A DNA stretch of 64,000 bases, taken from NCBI RefSeq assembly GCF_964188315.1, contig NC_135661.1, positions 54,374,001 through 54,438,000 on the forward strand, written 5' to 3'. Positions 24,072-34,375 of the stretch are shown piece after piece. Origin of the DNA: Podarcis muralis (Eukaryota). The notes below the pieces were generated by a model. It did no database searches and had not been told where the DNA came from. It saw only the letters and a program-made list of their open reading frames with translations. The translations under genes were made by a program, and so were the position numbers. How positions within the stretch are numbered: position 1 is the first letter of the stretch; each line of letters opens with the position of its first letter.

Positions 24072-25153
24072 CTGGAAAAGACAAAGGAGGAGAGAGGGGT
24101 ATATATTATGCAGAGTCCAGGAATCTGATTGGCCCCTGAACATTTAACAGGCAGCATGCTGGACATGTGCCAAATGTGGGTAGGGGAGGGCTTATACTTC
24201 TGAATACCAGTTTCTGGAAACTACAGGAGAGGAGAGCATTCTTGTGCTCGGATCCTGCTTCCAGGGTTTCCCACTGAGGCATCTGGCTGGCCGCTGCAAG
24301 AACAGGATGCTGCACTAGTTGGTCCATTGGCCTGATCCAACAGAGCTCTTCCGATGTCCTTACGGCTTTGTGCTCCCATCTGGGCCCATCTACTTTTGTA
24401 ATAATTGGCTTTGAAGTCCAGTTCAGGGCTGCTGGTTTTGACTTTTGGAGCCCTTCACAGTGTGGGTCCTGTGTGCAGGAAGGAGCACATTCTCCTACAC
24501 AGACCTTCCTGTGTGCCTGCTCTGTCTCCCATCAACATTTAAATCAGCCTTCCCCAGATGTTTTTTGGAGCAGCACTCACATCAGCTCCGGCCAGCAGGA
24601 ATTGTAGTCCAAGACATAAGGTTGGGGAAGGCCGATTTAAAGAAGAGGGAGATGTAGAGATAGCTTTATAGTTGCAGTACCCTCTCTGTGGAACTCCAGG
24701 TTGTTTAATTCCTTAAACATCTATGCTTGTGAATGACATCCGAGGTGGTTACCTGCAACTCCTGAAGACAACTTTCAAGTTCTTCAGAAAGGTTTCCAAC
24801 ACACCATGCGAGGCTGAGATGGAATGAGGGATTCTGTACAGAAGCCAGAAAAAAGCAGGTGCTAAGAATCTGGAGAAGCTGCACTAACCCAGCTAGGTGC
24901 CACCACCTCAGAATTCCTGGTAGAAGCTGAGCACCCTTCCATGGAAATGAGACTCCAGGGCAAAGAAGGAGGCTTTGGGTGGGCTGGTTGGTTTCTTCAA
25001 CAAGTTTAGGTTACCACAGCTAGTTTATACACATATCACATGAGATCTGCAGTCTTATTTGGGAATACTGGTTGGGGCTGATGGCCAAAATATCTGGAGG
25101 GCACTCGGTTGGTCATTGTATATATATAATGTAATAAACTCTATCTATCTCTA

Positions 25154-25184
<31 letters not shown>

Positions 25185-28100
25185 AATATAAAAATAAACT
25201 ATATATTATATATATAATGTAATAAACAGTTTATGTAATAAACTGTTTACTTCCAGGGCCTTGGTCATTCAGCAGCAGCCTCTTTTTGCAGACTCCACTC
25301 CCTCCTAGAACAGTGGAAGTCTTACCTTGTAGAAAGAAGGGAGACTGAATTCCTCCATAACTCTGTCCACTTCAGAAACCAACTCCAAGAGCTGAGAATG
25401 CCCAGAAGTTACCTCCAAGCCAATGAAGGTCCTGCAGAGAGATTTGACAGAATCTTAGAGCAGTTCAATGTTAATGTTCACCATGAGTGCCCCCTTTGCC
25501 CCAAAGGGCCGAGGGGGCACCAATAAGATACTGCCCCACTTGAGGCAAACACTGGCCTCCTCTCTACCAACCTTGTCCTTGTGCAATTATTCTGCTTGTG
25601 CCAATCAAGCCACAGGATGGTTGGCAATTTCATCCTGAGGACATGATGCAAAGCAGCCTATTACTCTCTGAGGAGTAGCCTCAGTGCCATTGACTCACCT
25701 GCTTTTGGGATCATTGGTGTAAATCGTCACTCGATCTGCTCTACAGGTGAACCTGAAATGGGGAAAGAATCCATCTGATTCCTTTGCAAGATGAAGAGAA
25801 GGCGGACAGGGGAGAAGAAGTAAGGCATACTGAGACCCAGGGGCTGGGGAGTGGATTTTCTGATTTGCCCCTCCCTGGAGCCTTTAAGTCACTCTCTTAC
25901 CTGGGGAAGGAAGCCAGGTGTTCCTTGAGGGACTGGACAACAGGGCTTATCCAGTGGTGGCGCAGGATCACACCCTGAGAAAGGCTGATGTGGAACTCTG
26001 CCATAGCCGTCAATGATGGCACGGATGCACGTGCACGCAGGAGGAGGAGCTGGAGCAGGTCGAGGAAGTCCTCCTGAGCCTCATCTGTACAGAACGGTAG
26101 AACAACAGTGGAGGATTGGAGCAGGTGGGTGCGTGGGTGCATCTCTGCTAAGCTGTGGTGGCAACTTGGTGGTAAGTCATACTTTCCAGGCCTCAAATCT
26201 TGTCTGTAAAATGTGGATTACAATGGCCTCCTCTACCCTACAGCCACTACCAACCAGTACCTGTGGATGGGTAGAAAAAGATGCTCTTTGTCTACCCCAA
26301 GTCTCCCCTAGTCACGATGGCTCTATATTACCTCTGCCATTGAAGGAAGCAGGAAGGTGTGATTGAGCTGGTGTTCTGGTTTGGGACAGAACAAGGCAAG
26401 AAGCAGAGACCCCACGGAGTGAGTAGGTGAGGTCTGCATCTGGGCCTCCCTCAACACTTGCTGCTCATTTGCTACTGCCCCCTGGCTGTGGAATGATTTG
26501 AGGTGTACTTTGTTGCTGGGGAGAAAGGTGACAAACTGGCAACTTCCAGGAACTTTGGGGTAGGGGGAAAGTGATTTTTTTTGTGTGCAGAAAAGGGCAG
26601 AGCTGCATGCTCACAGGCGTCTGTGAAAAAGCTCCATGGTGGTTTTGGAAAGACACCGCAGATATGCCTGTAGTCAAACCCAGGGTGTGGGTGTCATAGA
26701 TATGGCTTAAGCCTCCTGCCAAGACTCAGGGTCACCCATGTAACTGGGGAAATGTTGGTCAGCTCTTATGAAAGGGGTGTGTGTGTGTGGTGATGTCCCT
26801 GTGAGGCAGACATAGGAGTGGACAAGAGCATATCTGGAGCAGTGCTTTACACCGCAACACTTTGTTGCAGTTAAATGATCTGTGGTGCTTCTGATCTGGT
26901 CCCCCCCCCCCCCATATTATGAATAGGAACAAAGGAAGCTGCCTTATACAGAGCCATACCACTAGCCCATCTGGATCAGTATTGTCTACACTGACAGTGG
27001 CTCTCCAGGGTTTCAGACAGGGAGAGTCTCTCTCATCCCTACCAGGAGATGCTGGCGATTGAACCAGGCACCTTCTACAGCAGTTGTGGCATTCTATTGA
27101 GGTGTTTGAAAAGAGCTATCCTCTTAGACATGTTTAGCCTGGAGAAAAGATTGAGAGGTGATATGATAGCCACCTTCAAATATCTAAAGGGCTGTCCTAT
27201 GGAAAATGGAGCAAGCTTGTTTTCTGCTGCTCCAGAGGGGAGGGCCCGAACCAATGGATTTAAATGACAAAAGAAAGGAGATTCCAACTAAAGATCAGGA
27301 AGAACTTTCTGACTGTAAGAGATGATCGACAGGAGAAGAGACTCCCTAGGAAAGTGGTGGACTGTCCTTCACTTGAGGTTTTTAAACAGAGATTGGATGG
27401 CCATCTGTCAGGGGTTGGATTAGATGACCCTTTAAGTCTCCTCCAACCCTACAATTCTATGATTCTGTGTCAGTAATTCTATTAAGGATGTCTGGCCAGC
27501 CACATTAAGTTGTGACTGTGGCTCTGTGGGCACCTCCCTCCTTTTGCCCATTGGAATGGCACTTCTCTGCCATACAGATCAAACAGCTGGAAGGGCTCTG
27601 CTCCTTGGAGAAAAGGTACCATTTCTGGCTGAATCCCAAAGATGTGTGTTTCCAGAGTTTGACTTCCTAGTGACACTGGGGTCGGAGAAGAGGACAAAGA
27701 GCAGAAGGGCACTCACAAGGCACGTAGACATGTGTTGCCCAGTTTCCTCGCTCATGGGGAAAGGTCCGCAGGCGGCCTCCATGCTTGCTGCTGTCGTCCA
27801 CCACTGTCTCTGCCTCCTCCTGATCTCTGAACATACATAGCACGCTGTCCGGCACAGGAAGGCGAGGAGCTGTTGAGCTGCAAGGCAGAGGGAGAAAAGA
27901 GAATTCCCAGCCCTTTTAATACTCTTTATTTGGAGCAAAACAGGCCAAATGACTCTTGGCCCCTGCACACTGCACACATTTTTCAGTCCATGTCCTACCC
28001 ACAACTTCAGCACTCAGATGAGTGCAAAAATAAGTCAAGTGGCTGGATACTGATGGCTCTGCAATGCATGGAGAAACAGAGCAACCCATCATGCCCAGAA

Positions 28101-29136
28101 AGAGTGTGGTTTGAGGAAAACTGGGCAGAAAAATATTTCAGATGACCTCCCTACATCAAATTTGTATCTAGCATTGGGTTTTTCCTGCTCTAGGGAAAGT
28201 ACTGTAACTAAATACATCCTCTCTGCTTTTTGTGGAGAAGCAAAAACATTGTTGCCTTGTGAATTAACTGCAGCCCTGTATCTGCTTTATTTCGATTGCT
28301 ATGCTGTTGATTTCAGTCTGAATTACATTTTAATAATTGTTTTAATCGTTGCAAACCTCTGGGAAACTCTGGTGGGTAGCAGGACGGGGCTCTGCCCCAA
28401 CCCACTCAGCTTTGGGACAGAATAAGGAATGGCGGTAGCTCAGTTGCTGGGGCTTCTGCAGAAGACCCCTGGCTCAGCTGGTGCTTTCTCGTGCCAAAAG
28501 GGCCCCAAAGCAGCAAGGCTCAGACCTTGCCTTGAGACCCTAAGGGGTGGCACTGAGGTGTTTTAAAGGAAAGCAGCTGGCACCAATTGCACCAGGAAGT
28601 GCATGGAACTGTTGGGAGGTATCCACCAAAAGGTGTCGGGAGGAGGAAGAAGGGGCAACAGCGGCACAAACCAGTCCATGGGGTGGCAGGGGGAGAGAGA
28701 AAGAAAGCAGGACCCAGCCCAACCCTTCCTGCTGCCTCTGAATTGTTCCCAATCTAGATGGTCCTTATAAGAACCTGCCATTTTATTTATTTCTTAAAAG
28801 TTATACACTGCTCCATTGTAGGGGAAAAAACAACAACCTAAAAGCAGTTTACAAAAAATATTTAAGAACTGGTGCCCGAGTTTGCCTTTTTCCTTTTCCC
28901 TCCCTACTCCGTCTTCCTTTTCCGCGTGTCTTTTCCGGCTGAAAGGGAAGGGGGCTTTCTGTGTTGAACTGATACGCCCACCTGTCGCCGGGAGAGCGGC
29001 GGCCTTGACGTCCCTCCGCCGAGCTTGCGCCGCCGGCCTCGCCGCCTTCCCCTTGCGCTCCCGAGGATGCGCTCTCATCTTCCGAGTCGGAGCTGCTGTA
29101 GCCCACCAGACCTGCGACCGCCGCCACTCTACTCAT
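23967..29136 (-). CDS. USB1: U6 snRNA phosphodiesterase USB1 (Mpn1/C16orf57), complete, 7 exons, 281 aa: complement(join(23967..24071,24753..24833,25326..25431,25699..25752,25901..26084,27717..27877,28982..29136))
   Basis: 846 nt, all GT-AG and in phase. N-terminal LVGYSSS motif, [23 protein letters not shown], two 2H-phosphodiesterase HxS motifs (FHISL in exon 3, FHLSL in exon 6), C-terminus [15 protein letters not shown]. Confidence 0.96.
24753..24833 (-). CDS. USB1: USB1 exon 6 (second HxS motif)
   Basis: 81 nt; [27 protein letters not shown]. Confidence 0.95.
25139..25184. repeat. (CTAT)n microsatellite in USB1 intron 5
   Basis: Read directly. Confidence 0.9.
25326..25431 (-). CDS. USB1: USB1 exon 5
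   Basis: 106 nt; [35 protein letters not shown]. Confidence 0.95.
25699..25752 (-). CDS. USB1: USB1 exon 4
   Basis: 54 nt; [17 protein letters not shown]; tttcag acceptor, gtgagt donor. Confidence 0.93.
25901..26084 (-). CDS. USB1: USB1 exon 3 (first HxS motif)
   Basis: 184 nt; [10 protein letters not shown]...[16 protein letters not shown]. Confidence 0.95.
26922..27078 (-). mobile_element. tRNA-derived SINE with (TATGTTCC)-type tail, in USB1 intron 2
   Basis: Reverse B-box GATTGAACC; similar to 11329-11482. Confidence 0.7.
27110..27470 (+). mobile_element. CR1 LINE 3' end
   Basis: Degenerate RT C-terminus ([24 protein letters not shown]) and ATTCTATGATTCT tail. Confidence 0.9.
27717..27877 (-). 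CDS. USB1: USB1 exon 2
   Basis: [12 protein letters not shown]...[17 protein letters not shown]. Confidence 0.95.
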
Positions 29137-29450
29137 GGCCGGCACGTCAGGATACCACTTCCGCAGCCTAGGGAGAAAGAGGGACTACTGCGCCTGCGCA
29201 AAAGCGCCTCTTTTAATGAACGAAGCTTGCTGAAGTCATGCTGGTGCCACCCGGCAGTGGCTATAGACGTTTAGACTCGCGATGCGTAGCGCTGGGAGTC
29301 GCTTACGGGTCGCTTCGGGAGAGCCTTTTCCCGCGCGTTCGCGTGTGGGCCGAGCGGTAAGACGAACGGTGGAAATCAGCATCATGTTTCAGCATCGAAT
29401 TGGTGTTTTGATATTTGACTTCGTAAATCGTATCGTTGTATCGCAACTGT
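28930..29450. promoter_or_regulatory. CpG island / USB1 promoter with ETS (CACTTCCG 29156-29163) and NRF1-type (CTGCGCCTGCGCA 29188-29200) motifs
   Basis: CpG density; motifs read directly; typical of housekeeping and bidirectional promoters. Confidence 0.8.
28982..29136 (-). CDS. USB1: USB1 exon 1
   Basis: [22 protein letters not shown]...; gccggccATG; ag|gtgggc donor. Confidence 0.9.
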
Positions 29451-30647
29451 GATAACTTTCTCTTTTTAAAAAACATTTTTTTTCCCTGCAACTTGTTTTG
29501 TTATTAAAATTCATTACAAATACTTTTGGCGGGGGGGGGGGGGGGCTAGCAGCAAAGAAGGCAGGTGATGTCTGCTTCCCTATGGGAACCGAGGGCAATA
29601 TAGAAAATAAGTCAGTGGGGCTCATTATTTCTGAGCTGCATGATTTCTCCCAAATATTTTCTAATTGGGTTAAGCGCGGGAAAGCACCAGGTAAGTAAGC
29701 ATCAAGACTAAGATGCATAGTCTTGTTTATAAAACCAGCTGAATTTTGCAATGAGTCAATTACCACAGCAATAGTATTTTAGAGCATTTTCCTATCATGG
29801 AAGGAACATTGTGAGATTGCAAGATTAAGATCTCTTTCCTTTCCTTTGAAAGGTGTGAACGTTGACTATCCATTTCCAATATCATGACTTAAAACTCTGA
29901 GTCTTTTGTTCTTCTAGTAAAGTTCACAACTCTTCAAAGCATGATCCAGCTCCAATTTAACCAGATTTTAGAATCATAACTTTTCGTAAAGTGGTTGGGT
30001 TGCTTCATGAAGGCTCCATGAATAAGGAACCTGTCAAACGCTTCTTGCAGTTAGTTGGTAGTGAAGCGGTGGAGCATTTTTCAATCACTTCAGGCACAAC
30101 TTCACAATACACATCAGCTTTTGCTAACCTGATAATCCAACATCTGGAGGGCACCAGGTTGGGTGAAGGTTGATATATATACTAGCAGTGACCTCAGTAG
30201 TTTTATTGCATTTATAACCCACCTTTTTCTCCAAGGACTCAAGGTGGCATTCATGGACCTTCCTGTCCTCACTGACTCCCCACAACAACCTTGTGAGGTA
30301 GATTAGGCTGAGAGGCAGCAAGTGGCCTAAGGTCATCACCCAATGAGCTTCATAGCCAAGTAAGGGGGTTTGAACCTGGTTTCCCAGGTCCTACTCTGAC
30401 ACTCTAACCACTACACCACACTGGTTCTCCAAGGGCTTGCGCTCAATGGCACCAGCAGCCACAAACAAGGTTTGAAGTGGGCAGGGGGAGGGACACCCCA
30501 GGTTGGCATAAGTACAAGAAAACTTTGGGAAACAAAACCTGTTTGGAGTGAGGAGACAGCAGCCTAATGACTCCTGAGAATGTCAGATGGGCATGGAACT
30601 GGCTGGATGACTGTTGAGGCCGAGGCAGGGGACAGAAAGCTTGGCGG

Positions 30648-30824
30648 AATCATCAAAGTTGGGAGGGACCCCAAGGGTCATCTAGCCCAACCCCCTGCAA
30701 TGCAGGAATTGCAGCTAAAGAATCCCTGACAGATGGCCATTCAACTTCTACTTAAAAACCTCCCATGAAGGAGACTCCTTCACCTTCTGAGGGAATCTGT
30801 TCCACTGTCAAACAGCTCTTACTG
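30648..30824 (-). mobile_element. CR1 LINE 3' end
   Basis: Reverse-complement similarity to 27290-27470. Confidence 0.8.
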
Positions 30825-30989
30825 GGAGGGGGCAGAGGGGGAGATGAATGGAATATCCTGGAAGAGGGCCGGAAGCCAGCCATGCTCAGCCGCAACAGCC
30901 CCACTGACACTTGCTCTCCTTGCACACCCGCTTCTCTCTCTCTCTCTCTCTCTCCCCCTCTGGACCACTTCGTGGCAAGGCCAGCCCTT

Positions 30990-32130
30990 CTGTTCCTCCG
31001 CCTCGGGTCTAACGGGCCCGCGGGCGCTGCGCAGGAGACCTTCGCCCTCCACGAGGTTTGTCCGCAATAGAGAGAGGCGAGGACCTAACTCTCTTTCGGG
31101 CGTATCGTGTGAACTCTCCTGTCTTGGGGTTATTATTGTTGCTGACCCGGGGCGGGGGATTTGGAGGCCTGGCGGCTTTTGGCGTCGGGGATGCGCAGCT
31201 GCAACTGGCTGCTATGGCAATAGGCTGGGTGCGAAAAAGGATCCCCGCTTCCCTGCCTGCCTTTCTAATCCTGCTATGGATGAAGCCCCCGAAGCATCTG
31301 AGCAGCAGTATCGGCTACAGTTTTGCCGCCGTGCCTCGGTAAGCGACGGAGCGGAGGCCTCTCCCCCCAGTTCCTCCCTCCTCACCCGGCCCGAGCGCCG
31401 CAGTTCTCCGCGCGGTCCGGCAGAGGGCGGCCCCGATCCCACGGCTGGGTCCTTCCCCTGCTGGACGCCGCCCCTTCCTCCTCCTCCTCCTCCTCTGCCT
31501 CCTCCTTCCCCTCCTCCGGCTGGCTCGACGCCGCCCCCCCTCCCCTAGCCGCCGCCGCCGCTTCCCGGCCCATGCCCCGCTTCGCCTCTCCTCACCGCTG
31601 GGACTGCTGCTACGCGAGGCCGGGGATTCGACGGGGCGAGCAGGCCGCGCGACACCTCCGGGCCTCGCTCTCCAGGTAGGGGAGAAGGGAGGAAGCTGGG
31701 CAGGGCGACGCTAAAGCGCCTCTTTCCTCGCCCCGGAGCTCCTGCCCCGCCGGCCACACGGAGCCGAGCGGGGCGGCGGTCGCTTTCCCCGCGGGCGGCG
31801 GAGGAAGGAGGAGGAAAAAGGCGCTCCTGGCCCCGAGCGGGGCCGCCTGCCCTGCTCCTTGGACGGAGTAGGCCGAGGCCCGGCCAGCGGCACGGGAGAC
31901 GCCCCGATAACATGTGAAGGCGGCGCTCCCGGGCCGGCGGGGCGAGGCAGCCCTTCGCCTGACCCGGTCGGCCTCGTCGCAACCTCTTGGCCGGCGGCCT
32001 GGGGCAACATACGGCCCTCCAGGTGTGTAGATCGCCCCCCCCGCAACTCCAGATGTTTTTGGCTAGCACAGCTGCCTGGGGCTGATGGGAGTTGGCGACC
32101 AGCAACATCCGGAGGGCGCCTTCCTGGCCA
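30990..32130. promoter_or_regulatory. CpG island, likely ZNF319 promoter / non-coding exon 1 (candidate donor CG|GTAAGC at 31338/31339)
   Basis: CpG-rich, (CCT)n and (GCC)n runs, upstream of the ZNF319 coding exon; exon limits inferred. Confidence 0.65.
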
Positions 32131-33335
32131 AAAAAAAGGCTGGCATCTTGCCTGGGGGCGGGGGGGGGGGGAACCTTTGCGTTGCAGGGCATGGGGATGA
32201 ACCATCTCGATGGGCTCTGCAATGTGGAGAAGCCCTTAACAACCCAGTCACCCACCAGGGCATTTCTGCGGTCATGTTAGGCAGGATGTGGCCCTGGGCA
32301 ATCTGAAGGGAGAGGACCAGTGAAGCAGCCTTTAGCCACACACGGGCTCTGGACTGTCCAGCCTACACCTGGCTTCTTGGGGTGGGTGCAGCCCCCCAAG
32401 TCTCTGGCAGAGAAGAACCTTTCTATGCCACCTAGGATCCTTTTTTACCTGGAGGAGGGAATCTGGGACCATCTGTGTGTAAAGTAGATGCTGTGCCACT
32501 GAGCTGCAAAACCTGGCAAGGTGAAATTCTCTGTAAGTTGGAAGAGGGCAGTTGTATGCAGCTGAGCATCTCTCTAAAGATAGGCTCAAGCAGAGAAACT
32601 GGCCAAATTATCGTGCCCTTGAGTGAGGAGATGGAGCTGCTTTTAAAAACTTAAGAATAGCCCTCCTTTAAAGCCACCCTAGTTGGTGGCCGTCACTGCC
32701 TCCCATGGGAGTGAGTTCCATAGTTTTAACTATAAACTGCGTGAAAAAAGTACTTTTTTTTGTCTGCCTGAATGTCCCAGTGTTTTAAGGTAGTGGAGCA
32801 GAGAGTTCACAGTTACGCTGCTGTCTTATCTTATGCACCTTGAGAGAGTACTGTAGATGGATTGGCAACAGGGTGTACAGATGTTTCCTTGGGCTCAGTA
32901 GAGATGTGATCACTGGAGATGATGGGAGCTATAGTACCAAAACATTTGGAGGGCACCAGTTTACAGTAAAATTCTTAAGCTCTAAGGCTGGTCCCCAGAT
33001 AGACCAATTTCCAAGAAAACTTGTGATAGGGGGCTCTGCTTCACCAAACTGGAAGGTTTCTTTCCTATAGTTTGGCTGTGGATTTGCTTGCTTGAATTCT
33101 TGAGCTTTTCCCCTCTTGGATTGTTTCTTTTCTGTGGGACATTTTGCTTCTGCTTCTCCACCACTTGATACCTGGCTGTTGCTAGCTTGCTTACATGGGC
33201 AACCATCTTAACACACACACACCTGCCCTCATTGTATTGTATTGTATTGTCAGATATTTTTTGTTCCTTGGCATGAGGACAGTTGAGAAGCTCTTCCCAT
33301 CCCCTGGGGCAGTTTTGTCACCTGCATGTTTACAC

Positions 33336-33473
33336 CAACCTTTCCCAACCTGGTGCCCTCCAGAAGATTTGGACTACAACTGCCGTCAGTCCTGACTAAT
33401 AGGTTAGTGATGGTTGGGGCTGATGGGAGTTGTAGTCCAAAACATCTGGGTCGTACCAGACTGGGGAAGTCTG
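33336..33473. mobile_element. Older hAT palindromic MITE family (TIR CAGCCTTCCCCAACCTGG). Other copies at about 9442-9508, 17678-17790, 18594-18719, 20929-21021, 22126-22247, 23167-23240, 24545-24633, 30117-30170, 32025-32130, 41434-41555, 45155-45274, 47550-47620, 48300-48413, 54133-54180, 58696-58860
   Basis: Shared core CCCTCCAGATGTTTTGGACTACAACTCCCATCA...TGATGGGAGTTGTAGTCCAAAACATCTGGAGGG; some copies show decayed 8-bp TSDs. Confidence 0.85.
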
Positions 33474-34133
33474 GTTAACTGGTATCCAGCAGACAGAGGG
33501 GTTCAAGAGATGGGCTGAAGATGCAGTAGGTATTTATTTCATATTTGTATCTTGTGCTTTCCAGATAGCTATGCAAATACTAGATGCAACTTTGATTAGC
33601 GTTCAGCTAAGTGTTTGTAGAGCTGATGTCATATTGTCAACAAATGATGTTTGTCTACCTGGCTGCCTCTTTATATTAATTTTAAACTTTTTATTTTCTT
33701 TGTGCAAGGGTCTTCAAAGAACGAAAAACAATAATCTTGAGCACAGTACAAAATGGATTGTCCCCTTTGTGCTATGGCAGGAAAGACAGAGGTGAAGGCA
33801 GGCAGGTTGGAGGGATGGCCTTGACCCATCCCATGGCAGCCATGGAGAAGGTGAACTTGGCCTTTGAGTTACCCATTTTGTGGCAGGGTGCTTGTACAAG
33901 TGCTTGCTGCTGTCCAGAGAGATGCAGCTTGAACTGTACACACAGTCCCTGGTGACATCCTGCCCCGTTTCTGGATGTTTATTTATAGCCAGCTCTGTTC
34001 CATGGACTCTTGATGGTGCAGGTTAGCAAATAACTTAGTAGTGTGGACAATCTTTGGCAAAGGAGAATTGTGATCAGTGGAAAGTGTGTTTTGAAGCTCC
34101 AGCTCGGGCAGAGCCCAGTTTTCCAGAGTTTTC

Positions 34134-34134
<1 letters not shown>

Positions 34135-34180
<46 letters not shown>
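34135..34180. repeat. (AAT)15 microsatellite; other (AAT)n at about 878-902, 34343-34376, 34559-34575
   Basis: Read directly. Confidence 0.95.
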
Positions 34181-34183
<3 letters not shown>

Positions 34184-34342
34184 TTCATTCCAGTAGCACC
34201 TTAAAGATCAACTAAGTTAGTTCTTGGTATGAGTTAAGTTAGTTCTTGGTATACCAAGAACTAACTTAGTTGGTCTTTAAGGTGCTACTGGAAGGAATTT
34301 TGTTTTGTTTTGACTATGGCAGACCAACACGGCTACCTATCT

Positions 34343-34343
<1 letters not shown>
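34181..34343. mobile_element. Penelope-like element terminal remnant arranged as an inverted repeat
   Basis: GTAGCACCTTAAAGA / TCTTTAAGGTGCTAC and GACCAACACGGCTACC motifs typical of reptile Penelope ends (from recall); flanked by (AAT)n. Confidence 0.65.

Positions 34344-34375
<32 letters not shown>

Noticed and set aside
30844-32255. Long ORFs on both strands in the ZNF319 CpG island
   Set aside because: Composition artefact (Pro/Arg/Ala/Gly-rich, triplet repeats), no domain.
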